A DNA stretch of 64,000 nucleotides from Squalus acanthias (lineage: Eukaryota), in the NCBI GenBank assembly GCA_030390025.1, contig CM059432.1, forward strand, positions 121,522,001 to 121,586,000, in the 5' to 3' direction. The notes under the pieces were generated by a model, which did no database searches, was not told where the DNA came from, and saw only the letters and a list, made by a program, of their open reading frames with translations. The position numbers and the translations under genes were made by a program. The stretch's first letter is position 1. Each line of letters starts with the position of its first letter. Below are positions 1 through 12,479 of this stretch, piece after piece.

Positions 1-430
1 GAGCGCTTGAATTAATGCTCCACCTCCCTCTTGGGGTGCTAAAACTGAAGTTACCGATCACCAGTGCTATTTCTCGCCGGTCGCTAAATTTAGCGGCCAG
101 GCGATGTTAGCGACCCAAAGTGGTCGCTAACGAATTTTTCCCCCATAGAATATCCATTGGTCTCAGTGAGGAGACATTTTTTCAAAAATCGCCATAAAGC
201 ACCAGAGATATTACTTTGGGTCCTGTTGTGCCAAAAATTTTAGGCGCAAATTTACAACCTGTTCGGAACTGGCATAAATTTAGGACAACCGTGTGAGCTG
301 CACTTTGGCATGTAGGGGTGGAGATATGTTAATGAGCAGCAGAGGCTTATGAGGGAGGATTTGCAGAATCGGTGTAAAAGATCGGAGCAATTTGGGCATT
401 GCGTAAAAGCAGGCATAAGTAATTTACCCT
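1..430. mobile_element. Probable right end of a Harbinger-type element or MITE, cut by the window edge
   Basis: Repeated TTAGCG/CGCTAA motifs like the subterminal region of the Harbinger at 55895. Ends in AATTTACCC, resembling the AATTT..CCC termini of other elements in the window. Confidence 0.35.
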
Positions 431-1105
431 CAAATTTCCTTGATGTGTTATGCTGAGAGTGGTCAGCGCACATTTTCATGAAATTCTGGGCCTATCTCTC
501 ATTCTTTGCTTCTATCTCTTTCTCCTTCATTTCTGGCTGTCTCTCTTCCTTCTCTTTTCTCTTCCTTTCTGTATCTCTCTCCATCACTTGTCTGTCTCTT
601 CACTTTTCTCTCTTCCCCACCCCAACTTCCTGTCTCTTACTTTTCCTTTTCACTTTGCATTTCCCCATTTCTTTAATGATTTACCTCTCTCACATGTTGT
701 GCGGGGAGACGAATCAGAAGCAGGTCTTTTGCAGGGACTCAGGCCGATGGATTAGAGTCAGGAGCATTTGTGCTGGGAGCATTTCAGATACTGAACATTT
801 TTTTTAAATGTGGAGCCAATGGTGGGCCAGAGCTGGTGGAGGAAAGCGGGTTGGATTAAACCCACACGTTAGACATTCCAGTGGTAGTTAATAATGCGGT
901 CTATTCCAAGCTCGATGGGGTGAATGGGTTTCTTTTCATTTCACATTTTCTTATGTATTTGTAAGTAATGCAATGCCAAAACCAAATTAAAGGCTGGTAT
1001 ACAAGAAAGTCTGATGAACTAAGAATACTGATAATGGAAACAGTCAGTTTAAGCTATGGATTAAGTGTTTGTACAATGGAAATGATTCCTAATTCTTCTT
1101 ATCAT

Positions 1106-1522
1106 GTCAGCTGTGGCTCAGTTGGTAGCACACTTGCCTCTGAGTCAGAAGATTGTGGGTTCAAGTCCCACTCCAGGGACTTGAGCACATAAAGGTAGGT
1201 TGACACTCCAGTGCAGTACTGAGGGAGTGCTGCACTGTCGGAGGTGCCATCTTTTAGATGAGACGTTAAACTGAGGCACCGTCTGCTCTCTCAAGTGGAC
1301 GCAAAAATCCCATGGCACTATTTCGAAGAAGAGCAGGGGAGTTATCCCCGGTGTCCTGGTCAATATTTATCCCTCAACCAACATAACAAAAACAGATTAT
1401 CTGGTCATTATCACATTGCTGTTTGCGGGAGCTTGCTGTGCGCAAATTGGCTGCCGCGTTTCCCACATTACAACAGTGACTCCACTTCATTAGCTGTAAA
1501 GCGCTTTGAGACGTCCGGTGAT
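1106..1522 (+). mobile_element. tRNA-derived Deu-domain SINE (SacSINE1-like)
   Basis: A box TGGCTCAGTTGG and B box GGTTCAAGTCC, then a Deu-like core GATGAGACGTTAAAC...AAAAATCCCATGGCACTATTTCGAAGAAGAGCAGGGGAGTTATCCCCGGTGTCCTGG. Tail truncated. Confidence 0.85.
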
Positions 1523-1594
1523 CGATTTTTTTTATCCTCTCTTCTGTGCCTAGTAGTGGCGCATGAGGCAGCCCATTTCTTGCACCGAAATAAT

Positions 1595-2031
1595 GAAAGA
1601 CTTGCATTTATATAGCGCCATTTTGTGACCTCAGGGCATAAGAGGTGGACAGCCAATGAAGTACTGTTTGAAGTGTAGTCACTGTTGTAATGTAGGAAAC
1701 GCTACAGTCAATTTGCGCACAGCAAGCTCTCACAGACAGCAATGAGATAATCTGTTTTAGTGATGTTGGTTGAGGGATAAATATTGGCCAAGACAGCGAG
1801 GGGTACCCCCCCTGCTCTTCAAGTAGTGCCCTGGGTTCTTTACGTCCACCTGAGCGGGCAGATGGGGCCTCGATTTAAAGTCTTATCTGAAAGATGGCAC
1901 CTCCAACACTGCAGCACTCCCTCAGTACTGCACTGCTGTGTCAGCCTAGATTTTGTACTTAAGTCTTTGGAGTGGGGCTTGAACCCACAACCTTCTGACT
2001 CAGAGGTGAGAGTCCTACCACTGAGCCAAGG
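1595..2031 (-). mobile_element. Second Deu-domain SINE, inverted relative to the first
   Basis: Reverse complement gives the head GGCTCAGTGGTAGG...GGTTCAAGCCC, the same Deu core, and a tail ending TATATAAATGCAAGTCTTTC. Confidence 0.85.
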
Positions 2032-2571
2032 TTAACACTTGATTTACATCCAGCAGATTGTGCTCTGGGTTGTTTCCAAAACAAAGTTTCTTTTTTACGT
2101 AGAGAAGTTGTTATCCTGACTCTCAAATGCCTACCAGGTGAACTGGCTCTATGTGATGGGAAAGAGAAGGTGACCACTCCAATGTCACCGGACACAGTAC
2201 CCATCTGGATGTCAATCCAGTATTCAGAAACTAAGACCGAGAAATGTATTTGCCCCAGAAAACTGGCGTGGAGATCACGATGCGTGGTCATCCAGCGCCC
2301 GTTCAAAGCAATGCAGGCAGCACACGAACTTCGGCTGCCTGCTGATTAACATGATTGTGGTATTTTGCCCAGCGCTGAACACATTACTGAATGGCTGAAT
2401 GCTCAACAGGGGGCCCAAATCCATGCGAGGCTAGCATGAATTAAAGCTAGCCTGCACTCCTTAAAGGCAGTCTGTACTTCTTAAAGGGGAGGTGCATTGT
2501 GCCTGCAGCAGCTCATTGAACTGGCTGGGTAAGAGAGTGAGAGGAGGAGAAAACAAAAATCATTTCATAAC

Positions 2572-3663
2572 ATGGGGGAGAAAGCGTGCGTCTAGGTTCT
2601 GCGATGCAGCACTGGAGGCCTTGGTGTAGGAGGTCAACTCGAGGAGAGAGGTGCTGTTTCCACAGGGGGCTAGGAGGCCCTCCGGGCAAATGTGTAAATT
2701 AGAGGCGGGATCTGCACATGCTGAGTCACCGGGCACAAGTGGGCTGCGGCCAGGGCAGGGGGAAAGGGTAGCACAGGTGGGAGAGGTCACACACGAGTTC
2801 TGCTGCAGAGGACTCAGATGAGGACTTCGATGGGGTGGCCTACAGAAGAATGCTGATGTATATGCACAATGAAATGCTTGGTGCATTGGCAGGCCTGCCA
2901 GAAACTGAGTGCAATGTCAAGAAACATGGAGGAGTTGGACATCAACCTTGCACAAGGCTTTACGTAGAGCTTGGAACTCATGATTTCCAGCATGGAAGTG
3001 ATGGGCAACTCCAGTAGCGCACATGTGGACCCAACCATGATGCAGCGTCTGATGGCCGATGTCTCAGCTTCCATCACAATGCTTCCACTGCAGCACAAGC
3101 AGAAGCCACACAACGTCTGAGTGCTGCAGTGGAAGCTCAAACTTCTATCATGCAAGCTCAGACTGCTGCCATCATGGCTGGGTTTACCAGTGTGGAAAGG
3201 GGCTTGCAGGGTGTCACAGCAGTCCACCAATCTTTTCTCCAACAGATGGCTAGGAATGCTGAGCCCCCCCCACCCCCCGCCCCCCTCCATCACCACCTCA
3301 AGACTCCCCCCCACCCTCCCAGAGGAGTGGCAGTGGCTCCGTGGAGCAAGATCCTGCTGTCCTCTCTGAGGATGACAGCATTCGTCCTCCCACCACTGCC
3401 ACTCCACCAGTGCCCTTGCTGTTGCCTGTCAGCCAGCCCAGACTGCTGCCGCTCATGCCGAGATGGTGCAGTCTACAACTAGGCCTTCTAGGTCCAGAGC
3501 TGCTTGAGGTCGTCCTGCAAGGCCATCTGCAGTCTCCCCTCCACAAAAATCAGCAAACTTCCACCAGCCATGCTACAGCCACTGGGGTAGCACTTCATAG
3601 GAGCAGTAGGAAAGGCAAAGGCACACTGAAGACAGGCACAAGGGAATGCACAAGGGTGATTAG
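2572..3663 (+). pseudogene. Degenerate, internally deleted Harbinger Myb/SANT gene
   Basis: RASRFCDAALEALV*EVNSRREVLFPQGARRP near 2585-2680. The C-terminal region (AAIMAGFTSVERGLQ, MEQDPAVLSEDDSI) is homologous to 57716-58314. Confidence 0.7.
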
Positions 3664-3839
3664 TTGACTGTATTATGTAATATTGGATGGATTGATATAT
3701 AAAGTTGGATTGGAATGTTTCTTTTGTGTTGGCTTTTATTTCAGCATTGTGGCCAAGAGGACGCTGTGATGGTCAGTAAAATAGGGAAGATAAGGTGTGG
3801 GAATATGGTTGAATGGGGAATTGGGGTTGCGTTCCCTAG

Positions 3840-4571
3840 AACCGCCATCAGATGAGTCATTCACGAGCAGCCGGGACAGGAAAGGAATGTCTGGGTTGCC
3901 CCCTCTCTTCTGCTTCCTCCTCATCTGCCTCCTCCTCATCCTCCTCTTCCTCCTCCTCAGCTGGTCGCCATATGCCTGGTGGCAAGGGCTGTGCCCTCAT
4001 GAATCTTGAGATGCGCTCTGGTGAGTACTGTAGGGCTCCTCCAGAGCGGTCCAGGCTGCAGAAGCATTGTTTAAGCATGCCAATGGTCTGCTCTATCAGA
4101 TTCTGTGTGGCAGCATGGTTTTCATTGTACGCATGCTGCTCACGTGTGGTTGGGTTGCGGAGCAGAGTCATGAGCCAGGTGGTCAGTGGATAGCCCTTGT
4201 CACCCAGTAGCCACCCTCTGGTTTATCGTAGTGGCTCAAAGACTAAGGGAACAGCAGACTGGCTCAGAATAAAAGCATCTTGACTGCTGCCAGGACACTG
4301 GGTATTCAACTTCACGATCTACTGAGCATTGTCGCACACCAACTGCACTTTCAGTGAGTGGTAACCTTTGCGGTTGCGGTACATCTCAGCATTTAGATGT
4401 GGCGCCCACAAAGCCACGTGTGTGCTGTTGATTGCTCTCTGCACCATGGGGAAGCTCGCTATCCTGGCAAAGCCACGTGCACACTCCGCCTGCATCTCTC
4501 TGGTCAGAGAGAAGACAATGAAATCCCCTCTCCTGGTCTGTCACCTCTCTTATGCGGCAATGAACGGTGAA
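3840..4571 (-). pseudogene. HARBI1-like DDE transposase, C-terminal part
   Basis: [68 protein letters not shown] and an acidic tail. Frameshifted. Confidence 0.85.
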
Positions 4572-4664
4572 ACATAGAAACATAGAAGATTGGAGCAGGA
4601 GTAGGCCATTCGGCCCCTCGAGCCTGTTCCGCCATTTAATGAGATCACAGCTGATCATCCAAAT

Positions 4665-7600
4665 TCAGTACCCTGTCCCTGCTTTCTCCCCATATCCCTT
4701 GATCCCCTTAGCCTTAAGAAATATATCTAACTCCTTCTTGAATATATTTAATGAATTGGCCTCAACTGCCTTCTGTGGTAGAGAATTCCATAGGTTCACC
4801 ACTCTCTGGGTGAAGAAATTTCTCCTCATCTTAGTCCTAAATGGCTTACCCCTTATCCTTAGACTGTGACCCCTGGTTCTGGACTCCCCCGCCATCAGTA
4901 ACATCCTTCCTGCATCTAGTCTGTCTAGTCCTGTTAGAATTTTATAAGTTTCAATGAGATCCCCTCTCATTCTTCTAAACTCTAGCGAATATAAGCCCAA
5001 TCGACCCAATCTCTCTTCATACGTCATTCCTGCCATCCCAGGTATCAGTCTGGTGAATCTTCGCTGCACTCCCTCCATGGCAAAAACATCCTTCCTCAGA
5101 TAAGGCGACCAAAACTGCACACAATACTCAAGGTGTGGTCTCACCAAGGCCCTGTACAACTGCAGCAAGACATCCTGCTCCTGTACTCGAATCCTCTTGC
5201 TATGAAGGCCAACATACCATTTGCCTTCTTAACCGCCTGCTGCACCTGCATGCTTACCTTCAGCGACTGGTGCACAAGGACACCCAGGTCCTGTTGCACT
5301 TCCCCTTTTCCCAATCTATTGCCATTCAGATAATAATCTGTCTTCCTGTTTTTGCCACCAAAGTGGATAACCTCGCATTTATCCACATTATACTGCATCT
5401 GCCATGCATCTGCCCAATCACCCAACCTGTCCAAATCATACTGGAGTTTCTCTGCATCCTCCTCATAGCACACACGCCCACCCAGCTTTGTGTCGTCTGC
5501 AAACTTGGAGATATTTCATCTAGTTCCCTCGTCTAGATCATTAATATATATTGTGAATAGCTGGGGTCCTAGCACCTATCCCTGTGGTACCCCACTCGTC
5601 ACTGCCTGTCACTCGCAAAAGACCCGTTTATTCCAACTCTTTGCTTCCTGTCTGCCAACCAGTTCTCTATCCAAGTCAGTACCTTACCCCCAATCCCATG
5701 TGCTTTAACTTTGCACGCTAATCTCTTATGCGGGACCTTATCGAAAGCCTTCTGAAAGTCCAAATACACCACATCCACTGGTTCTCCCTTATCTATCCTG
5801 CCAGTTACATCCTCAAAAAATTCCAGTAGATTAGTCAAGCATGATTTACCTTTTGTAAATCCATGTTGACTTTGTCCGATCCTGTCACTGTTTTCCAAGT
5901 GCTCTGCTATTAAATCTTTTATAATGGACTCTAGCATTTTCCCCACTACTGATGTCAGGCTTGCCGGTCTATAATTCCCTGTTTTCCCTCTACCACCTTT
6001 TTTAAATAGTGGGGTTACATTAGCTACCCTCCAATCCATGTGAACTATTCCAGAGTCTATAGAATTTGGAAGATGACCAGCAATGCATCTACTATTTCTA
6101 GGGCCACTTCCTTATGTACCCTAGGATGTAGATTATCAGGCCCTGGTGATTTATCGGCCTTCAATCCCGTCAATTTCCCTAACACCATTTCCCTACAAAT
6201 ACTGATTTCATTCAATTCCTCCCTCTCATTAGACCCTATGTTCCCCGACATCTCTGGGAGGTTATTTGTGTCCTCCTTTGTGAAGACAGAACCAAAGTAT
6301 GTATTTAATTGGTCTGCCATTTCTTTGTTCCCCATTATAAATTCCCCTGATTCTGACTGCAAGGGACTTACGCTTGACTTCACCAATCTTTTTCTCTTCA
6401 CATATCTGTAGAAGATTTTACAGTCAGTTTTTATGTTCCCTGAAAGCTTACTCTCATATTCTATTTCCTCCCTCTTAATTAATTCCTTTGTCCTCCTTTG
6501 CTGAATCCTAAACTGCTCCCAATCCTCAAGTTTGCTGCTTTTTCTGGCCAATTTATAAGTCATCTCCTTGGATCTTATGCTATCCCTAATTTCCCTTGTT
6601 AGCCACTGTTGAGTCACCTTTTTTGTTTTATTTTTATGCCAAACAGGGATGAACAAATTCTGTAGTTCATCCATGCGATCTTTAAATGTTTGCCATTGCC
6701 TATCCACCGTCAACCCTTTAAGTAATGCTCCCCAATCCATCCTAACCAACTCGCGTCTCATACCATCATAGTTTCCTTTATTTAAATTCAGGACCCTAGT
6801 CTCTGAGTCAACTACTTCACTCTCCATCTTAATGAAGAATTCTATCATATTATGATCGCTCCTCCCCAAGGGGCGTCGCACAACAAGATTGCTAATTAAT
6901 CCTTTCTCATTACATAATACCCAGTCTAAGATGGCCTGATCTCTAGTTGGTTCCTCGACATATTGGTCCAGGAAACCATCTAGGAATTCCTCCTCCACAG
7001 TATTGTTACTAATATGGTTAGCCCAATCTATATGTAGATTAAAGTCACCCATGATAACTGCTGTGCCCTTATTGCACGCATCTCTAATTTCCTGTTTAAT
7101 GCCATCCCCAACCTCAGCATTACTGTTTGCGGTCTGTATAAAACTCCCACTAATGTTTTCTGCCCCTTGGTATTTCTCATCTCTACCCATACAGATGTAG
7201 AGTTTCGCAATTATCGCGATTCAAAATAACATGAGAGAAGCAGATTCAATTGATCAGTTTTATTAAACGAAATGCTGTCCTGATAATAAAGGACACAGAA
7301 GTCTGTAAAATGGCCGCCGCGCATCGTGGCAGAAGCTTCCAGAAACACAGTGGGCAGACAAGATGGCGTTGAATATACATTTCAGTATGAGATTGGTTCA
7401 TACTCGGTACACACTGATAAAGACAGGATGCAACCCGTTTGCATTGTGAACAATAGCAATGATATAAGTGCTGGAATCGTTTTCCTATGCACAGTAAGGA
7501 TCATTGAACTGGGCAATCGAAGGCCCATCCAGACACATCAATACACAAATACCCCCCCCGGCTCTACAATGAGAGAGACATTGGCGGGTGATTAAGCCAG

Positions 7601-9060
7601 TATTCGGGGGGCCCCAAAACCAGTCGAGGAGACGATTCATACACAGCCTGGCTGGCTCAACAATGGGGAAGACATTAACGGATAGTTGGCCAGTTTCAGG
7701 TGCTACCGAAACCTGTTAAGAAGATAATCGCCCCATGCTGGGAGTTTTAAGCGCCAAAATCACACAAAGGATAAACATTTAAATTTGAGCGGGAGATAAA
7801 GGGGACATAACAGTATAACTATAGAGAACAATTGTCCATCGCTCTCTTATCTCTCTGCTGACCCTTGCTGAAGCTCTTCCTGAACTCGCTGGACTTTTGG
7901 TCATTTGATTCTCTGGACTCTGTTGACTCTTGACTCTTAGCCGTACTGGTCGGTTATTCGAGTGTTGGGTGGAGCTCAATCGGAACGAGCCGCCTCGACA
8001 AGGGCAAGTAACAGGGTACACCATCCCAAGTGTCGGTAAATGGTGTCTGGACCCGGAGGCCCGAGAAGACGAGAAGAGAAGAAGACGAGAAGAAATTCCA
8101 TGTGCCGCCACGGTCAGTAAACCCCGACCGCGCCCGAAAATATACCGACAGAACTTTCCTTTGAGTTCTACCGACTTCTACATGTACCGTAACACAGGAA
8201 GACCCTTCTTTGAATTCTAAGACGGTTTGAGTCCATCGACTGCTTCATGACATCAGGGAGTCTGGCCTGCTTTTCGCAGCAGTGAAAGTAAACAAGTGGG
8301 GTGCAGAAACCCTTCCAAACACGTGACAGTCAGGCGCTGCAGCGAAACGAGCTGAGTGCCTCACTTTAAAATCTCCGAAGTAAGCCGAATGGTGAGCATG
8401 TTTTCCGATCCTACAAATCCAGACGTAGTTTAGGTATTGTTAAGGGAGGGGGGTTTTTAATAAGGTTAAGGTATAATGTGTTCCCCTTTTTACGATGTGC
8501 TGTGTGTTCTCCATTTCCATAGACCAAGTTTTATGAATGTGTGTATACTTGTACTCTCTTTGATCTGTGCCTATGACATGTATTTCATGATTTTAGACGC
8601 CATGCAATAAAGATATTCATTTTGTGCTATTCAACCGGGTCTATTTGAGTTTTTCTCTGCATTACTGCTCCTTGCATCTAAGTCCAGGTGTCAGAACCGT
8701 AAGGGCGAACCACTCACAGGTGCTTATTGCAAAAAGGCTGGCCGGAGACCAGAGCAAGCAATAGTATAGGCAATGAAGGCCTAACCTCGCACCAGCACCA
8801 TCTGAGACACGCCCCCTTACACAGATTCCACATCATCAGAGCTAATATTCTTCCTTACTATTGTGTTAATCTCCTTTTCCTTTTTGCCTCTCCTTCCTGA
8901 ATATTGAATACCCCTGGATGTTGAATTCCCAGCCTTGGTCACCCTGGAGCCATGTCTCTGTAATCCCAATTATATCATATCCGTTTACATCTATTTGCGC
9001 AGCTAATTCATCCACCTTATTACACATGCTCCTCGCATTAAGACATAAAGCCTTCAGGCT
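4665..9060 (-). pseudogene. CR1 ORF2 (APE endonuclease + reverse transcriptase), frameshifted and split by a solo LTR
   Basis: LNARSMCNK..IGITETW near 8950-9045; VIMGDFN, GRSDH, KSPGPD, QHGF, YLDFQKAFDKVPH, FADD, LVRPHLEYC, RRNFFTQRVV in successive ORF pieces. Confidence 0.92.
7196..8821 (+). mobile_element. Solo LTR (1626 bp) inserted in CR1 ORF2
   Basis: TGTA...TACA ends with a 4-bp TSD CAGA (7192-7195 and 8822-8825). CR1 is contiguous once it is removed. TATA-like AGTATAA at 7812 and AATAAA at 8606. Confidence 0.85.
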
Positions 9061-9233
9061 TGTTTTTTGAACACTCTTAGTCCTTTTAGAATTATTATTT
9101 ACTTTAGCCCTGTTTGATTTACACCCTTGATTTCTCTGCCTTCCACTTTTGCTTTTCTCCTTCCTGTCTTTTGTTTCTATCCTTGCTTCCCTTTCCTCTG
9201 TCTCCCTGCACAGGTTCCCAACCCCCTACCATT

Positions 9234-10157
9234 TTAGTTTAAACCCTCCCCAACAGCACTCGCAAACACTCCTCCTAGGACATCGGTCCTGGTCCCACCC
9301 AGGTGCAAACCATCCAGTTTGTACTGGTCCCACCTCCCCCAGAACTGGTTCCAATGTCCCAGGAATTTGAATCCCTCCCCCTTGCACCATTCCTCTTGCC
9401 ACGTATTCATCTGAAATATCCTTCTATTTCTACTCTGACTAGCATGTGACACTGGTAGCAATCCTGAGATTACTACCTTTGAGGTCCTATTTTTAAATTT
9501 ACCTCCTAACTCCCTATATTCAGCTTTTAGGACCTCATCTCATTTTTTACCTATATCGTTGGTACCTATATGCACCACGACAACTGGCTGTTCACACTCC
9601 CCCTCCAGAATGCCCTGCAGCCGCCCCGAGACATCCTTGACCCTTGCACCAGGGAGGCAACATACCATCCTGGAGTCTCGTTTGCGGCAGCAGAAACACC
9701 TATCTATTCCCCTTACAATAGAATCCCCTATCACTATAGGTCCCCCATTCTTTTTCCTCCCGTCCTGTGTAGCAGAACCACTCATGGTGCCAGAAAGTTG
9801 GCTGCTGCTGCCTTCCCCCAAAGCGGTATATCTGTTTGAGAGGGGGATGGCCACAGGGGACCCCTGCACTACCTGCCTGCACCTACTACTCTGCCTGGCA
9901 GTTACCCATTCCCTTCCTGCCTGTGCAGCCTTTACCTGCGGTGTGACCAACAAATTAAACGTGCTATCCACGATGTCCTCAGCATCGCGAATGCTCCAGT
10001 ATGCATCCATTCGCAGCTCCAGCGCCGCAGTGCGGTCTGCTAGTAGCTGCAGCTGGATACACTTCCTGCACACATGGTCGTCAGGGACACAGGAAGTGTC
10101 CCTGATTTCCCACATAGCGCAGGAGGAGCATGCCACAGGGCCGAGCTCTGCTGCCAT
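9234..10157 (-). pseudogene. CR1 ORF1 (zinc finger + SGNH esterase-like)
   Basis: CSSCAMW..HVCRKC, IVIGDSIVRG, CCLPGARV, VVHIGTND, DGLHL. Premature stop near 9540. Confidence 0.88.
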
Positions 10158-10465
10158 GAATTACCCATTGATTAATTTAAATTAAATCAAATCAATACCA
10201 CGAATTACACTACAATTAAGTGATATACTCAAGGGCCCTTGGTTACTAGCACTCCCCGCTACACAACAGAGACCTTAGAAACTGTAACCACCAAAATTAA
10301 GACCTTCTAAACTTTATAAATTATTAATCTTAACTGTCAAACTATAGAGTAGTATAAATACTCACCTGGCCGTACTCACCCAATCAGCTGCTTCCTCTTG
10401 CCCATGTCACTTTTTGAATTGTGACGTGGCTCTGGAACGCCGCCGCCGGTCAGTGAGATTGGTAA

Positions 10466-10847
10466 GCCTCTGTAAAAAAGCCCGCGAAACTGAGTTTAAG
10501 TACTCACCGGCTTCTCCCGACACTGAGCCTCTGTAAAAAAAAAAGCCCACGAAAGTGAGTTTAAGTACTCACCGGCTTCTCCCGACACTGAGCCTCTGTA
10601 AAAAAGCCCGCGAAAATGAGTTTACGTACTCACCGGCTTCTCCCGACACTGAGCCTCTGTAAACAAAAAAGCCCACGAAAGTGAGTTTAAGTACTCACCG
10701 GCTTCTCCCGACACTGAGCCTCTGTAAAAAAAAAAGCCCACGAAAGTGAGTTTAAATACTCGCTGGCTTCTCCCGACACTGAGCCTCTGTAAAAAAGCCC
10801 GCGAAAATGAGTTTATGTACTCACCGGCTTCTCCCAACACTGAGCCT
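10466..10847 (-). repeat. About six tandem units of ~60-65 bp forming the CR1 5' end
   Basis: Unit GCCTCTGT(A)nGCCCRCGAAARTGAGTTTAAGTACTCACCGGCTTCTCCCGACACTGA repeated head to tail. Confidence 0.9.
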
Positions 10848-11215
10848 GGGAGTTGTTACAGGTGTTGCCTGCTCTAGCCTGGAAGGATCCCGATGCGAAG
10901 CATTTCAGGGACACGGTCACCAACACAGCCACGGGTAGCGCAGTCCTTTCCCTGGTGTGAGGCTGCAGGTCTGGTTGCAAGAGGTGGCAGATTTCTGTGA
11001 ACACCTCCTTTGTAAAGCGCAGACGCCTCAGACACTGCTCCTGGCTCAGGCTGAGGTAAGTGAATTAATCTCGGAAGACCATAGGTGGGTAAGGCCTCCT
11101 ACTGAGAGCCCTTCTCCCCCTCCCTCTACGAGCTGCTTGTCCTCTTCTTCGCTGCCTCTGCTCCATCTCCCTGTCATGCTGCAGACCAAGGGGGTGACAA
11201 CTAGAGAACCCATGA
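10846..11215 (-). pseudogene. HARBI1-like transposase, N-terminal part (same gene as 3840-4571)
   Basis: RRALSRRPYPPMVFRD and FTEICHLLQPDLQPHTRERTALPVAVLVTVSLKCFASGSFQ. Confidence 0.82.
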
Positions 11216-12479
11216 CTGGGAACAAGTGGTCTGACCAGAACCCTTGAAGTCAGAAGCAAGGCCTTTGGCACTTGCAGCACCACTCCCTGTCTCCTCACCA
11301 ACTTGAAACAACTCCAGAAAGTTCCAAACACTTCCACAATCTTACACAGAGCCAGTAGAAATTAATCAGCAACTAACCTTGGAGTGGCTGCTGATCCCTT
11401 TATATATCGCTGGTGGGGGTCATTGCAGCTGCTGAACGCATGTTCAGCTGTGCGAGGTTAACACAGGGCGTTACTTCCAGTGTTGAGTACAAAAATGGCA
11501 GCGCTGGCGTCAACTCAGCATTGCACATTAATTGACGTCATGATCTGCCTACTCAACATACTTCTGGCGCACGCTCCTAACGCCCGCCCTACCGCCCTCA
11601 CCAAAATGGCGTTCGAGGCTGCACGCACCAGAAGTATGCATGTGCGGCACGGATGCAATTTCTGTCACAAAACGGCGCTACGGAGCTGAATTTCTAGCCC
11701 TGCAGCTCTTGTCACCATTCACAGGGTTGCTTGGAGTGGAGCTCAAACTCATAACCTTCTGAGCCAAGGCTGACTCCCTGCATACTGAATTGAAAAGCTA
11801 ATATGGTTAGTGACCCCAGCGTTCAAGTACTAGTACCTGATATTATACCATCCGCATACAACCACTTCATGCACTGAATTGAAATTCCTTCTTCCGCTCT
11901 TTTTATGGAGTTGATAACACCTCAGCTGAAGTTGTGATGGAAGGAATTTTATATGAACCGATGAAGTAATTGTGTCCCAAAATATAAGATTAGGACCTAG
12001 GTGCTGCAGGAGAAACTTCCAGCACCAGTACATTTTCACAGAAAAATTCAAATGGAACCTAGCTCATAGTACAGGGATTTTCAACCCAAATACAATTAGA
12101 TTTACAAATAACTTTGCTTTTAAATTAAACAGCAGTTCTGTCATTAATTAATGATTTATTTATTTATTTATTGTTTCCATTAGTCTGATAATTTGCTGCA
12201 TGAATTACACTTAATGACTCAATTCCAGAATGCATTTAAAACCTAGGAATAAATCACTCATGTAATGAATAAGATATTGCATCCTTCACAGTGCATTGCT
12301 ATAATTTTTTTACTTGGGTTTGAGACTGTCAGGTATGGGTATTTCATGTTTATGGAGGACATTCAGCAACACTGTGGCACCATTATAATATTATTTATTG
12401 ATTGATTTAGGTTATTCAAATATTCCAGTTAAAGGAAAACTCCAGGGAACTTCTATTTAATCCAATATATTGTTTTTTT

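Larger units (their letters stand above)
4571..10847 (-). mobile_element. Near full-length CR1 LINE (5'UTR repeats, ORF1, ORF2, TTCTATGT tail)
   Basis: 3' tail (aacatagaaacatagaa on +) at 4571. ORF2 shows APE and RT motifs and ORF1 a zinc finger plus SGNH-like domain. The transposase frame rejoins across it (..CNNSQ | FTVHC..). Confidence 0.93.
2234..11700. mobile_element. PIF/Harbinger transposon (about 3.2 kb of its own sequence) interrupted by a CR1 LINE
   Basis: Convergent Myb/SANT remnant (+) and HARBI1-like transposase (-). Right terminus GAATTTCTAGCCC ends at 11700. The left boundary is approximate. Confidence 0.8.

Noticed and set aside
450..807. Hydrophobic Leu/Phe/Ser-rich ORFs
   Set aside because: Translation of a CT-rich low-complexity tract.
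1106..1180. tRNA genes (also near 1960-2031 and 40075-40150)
   Set aside because: The A and B boxes run straight into SINE bodies, so these are SINE heads.
10466..10847. CRISPR-like array
   Set aside because: Units are contiguous with no unique spacers, there are no cas genes, and the context is a eukaryotic LINE 5'UTR.
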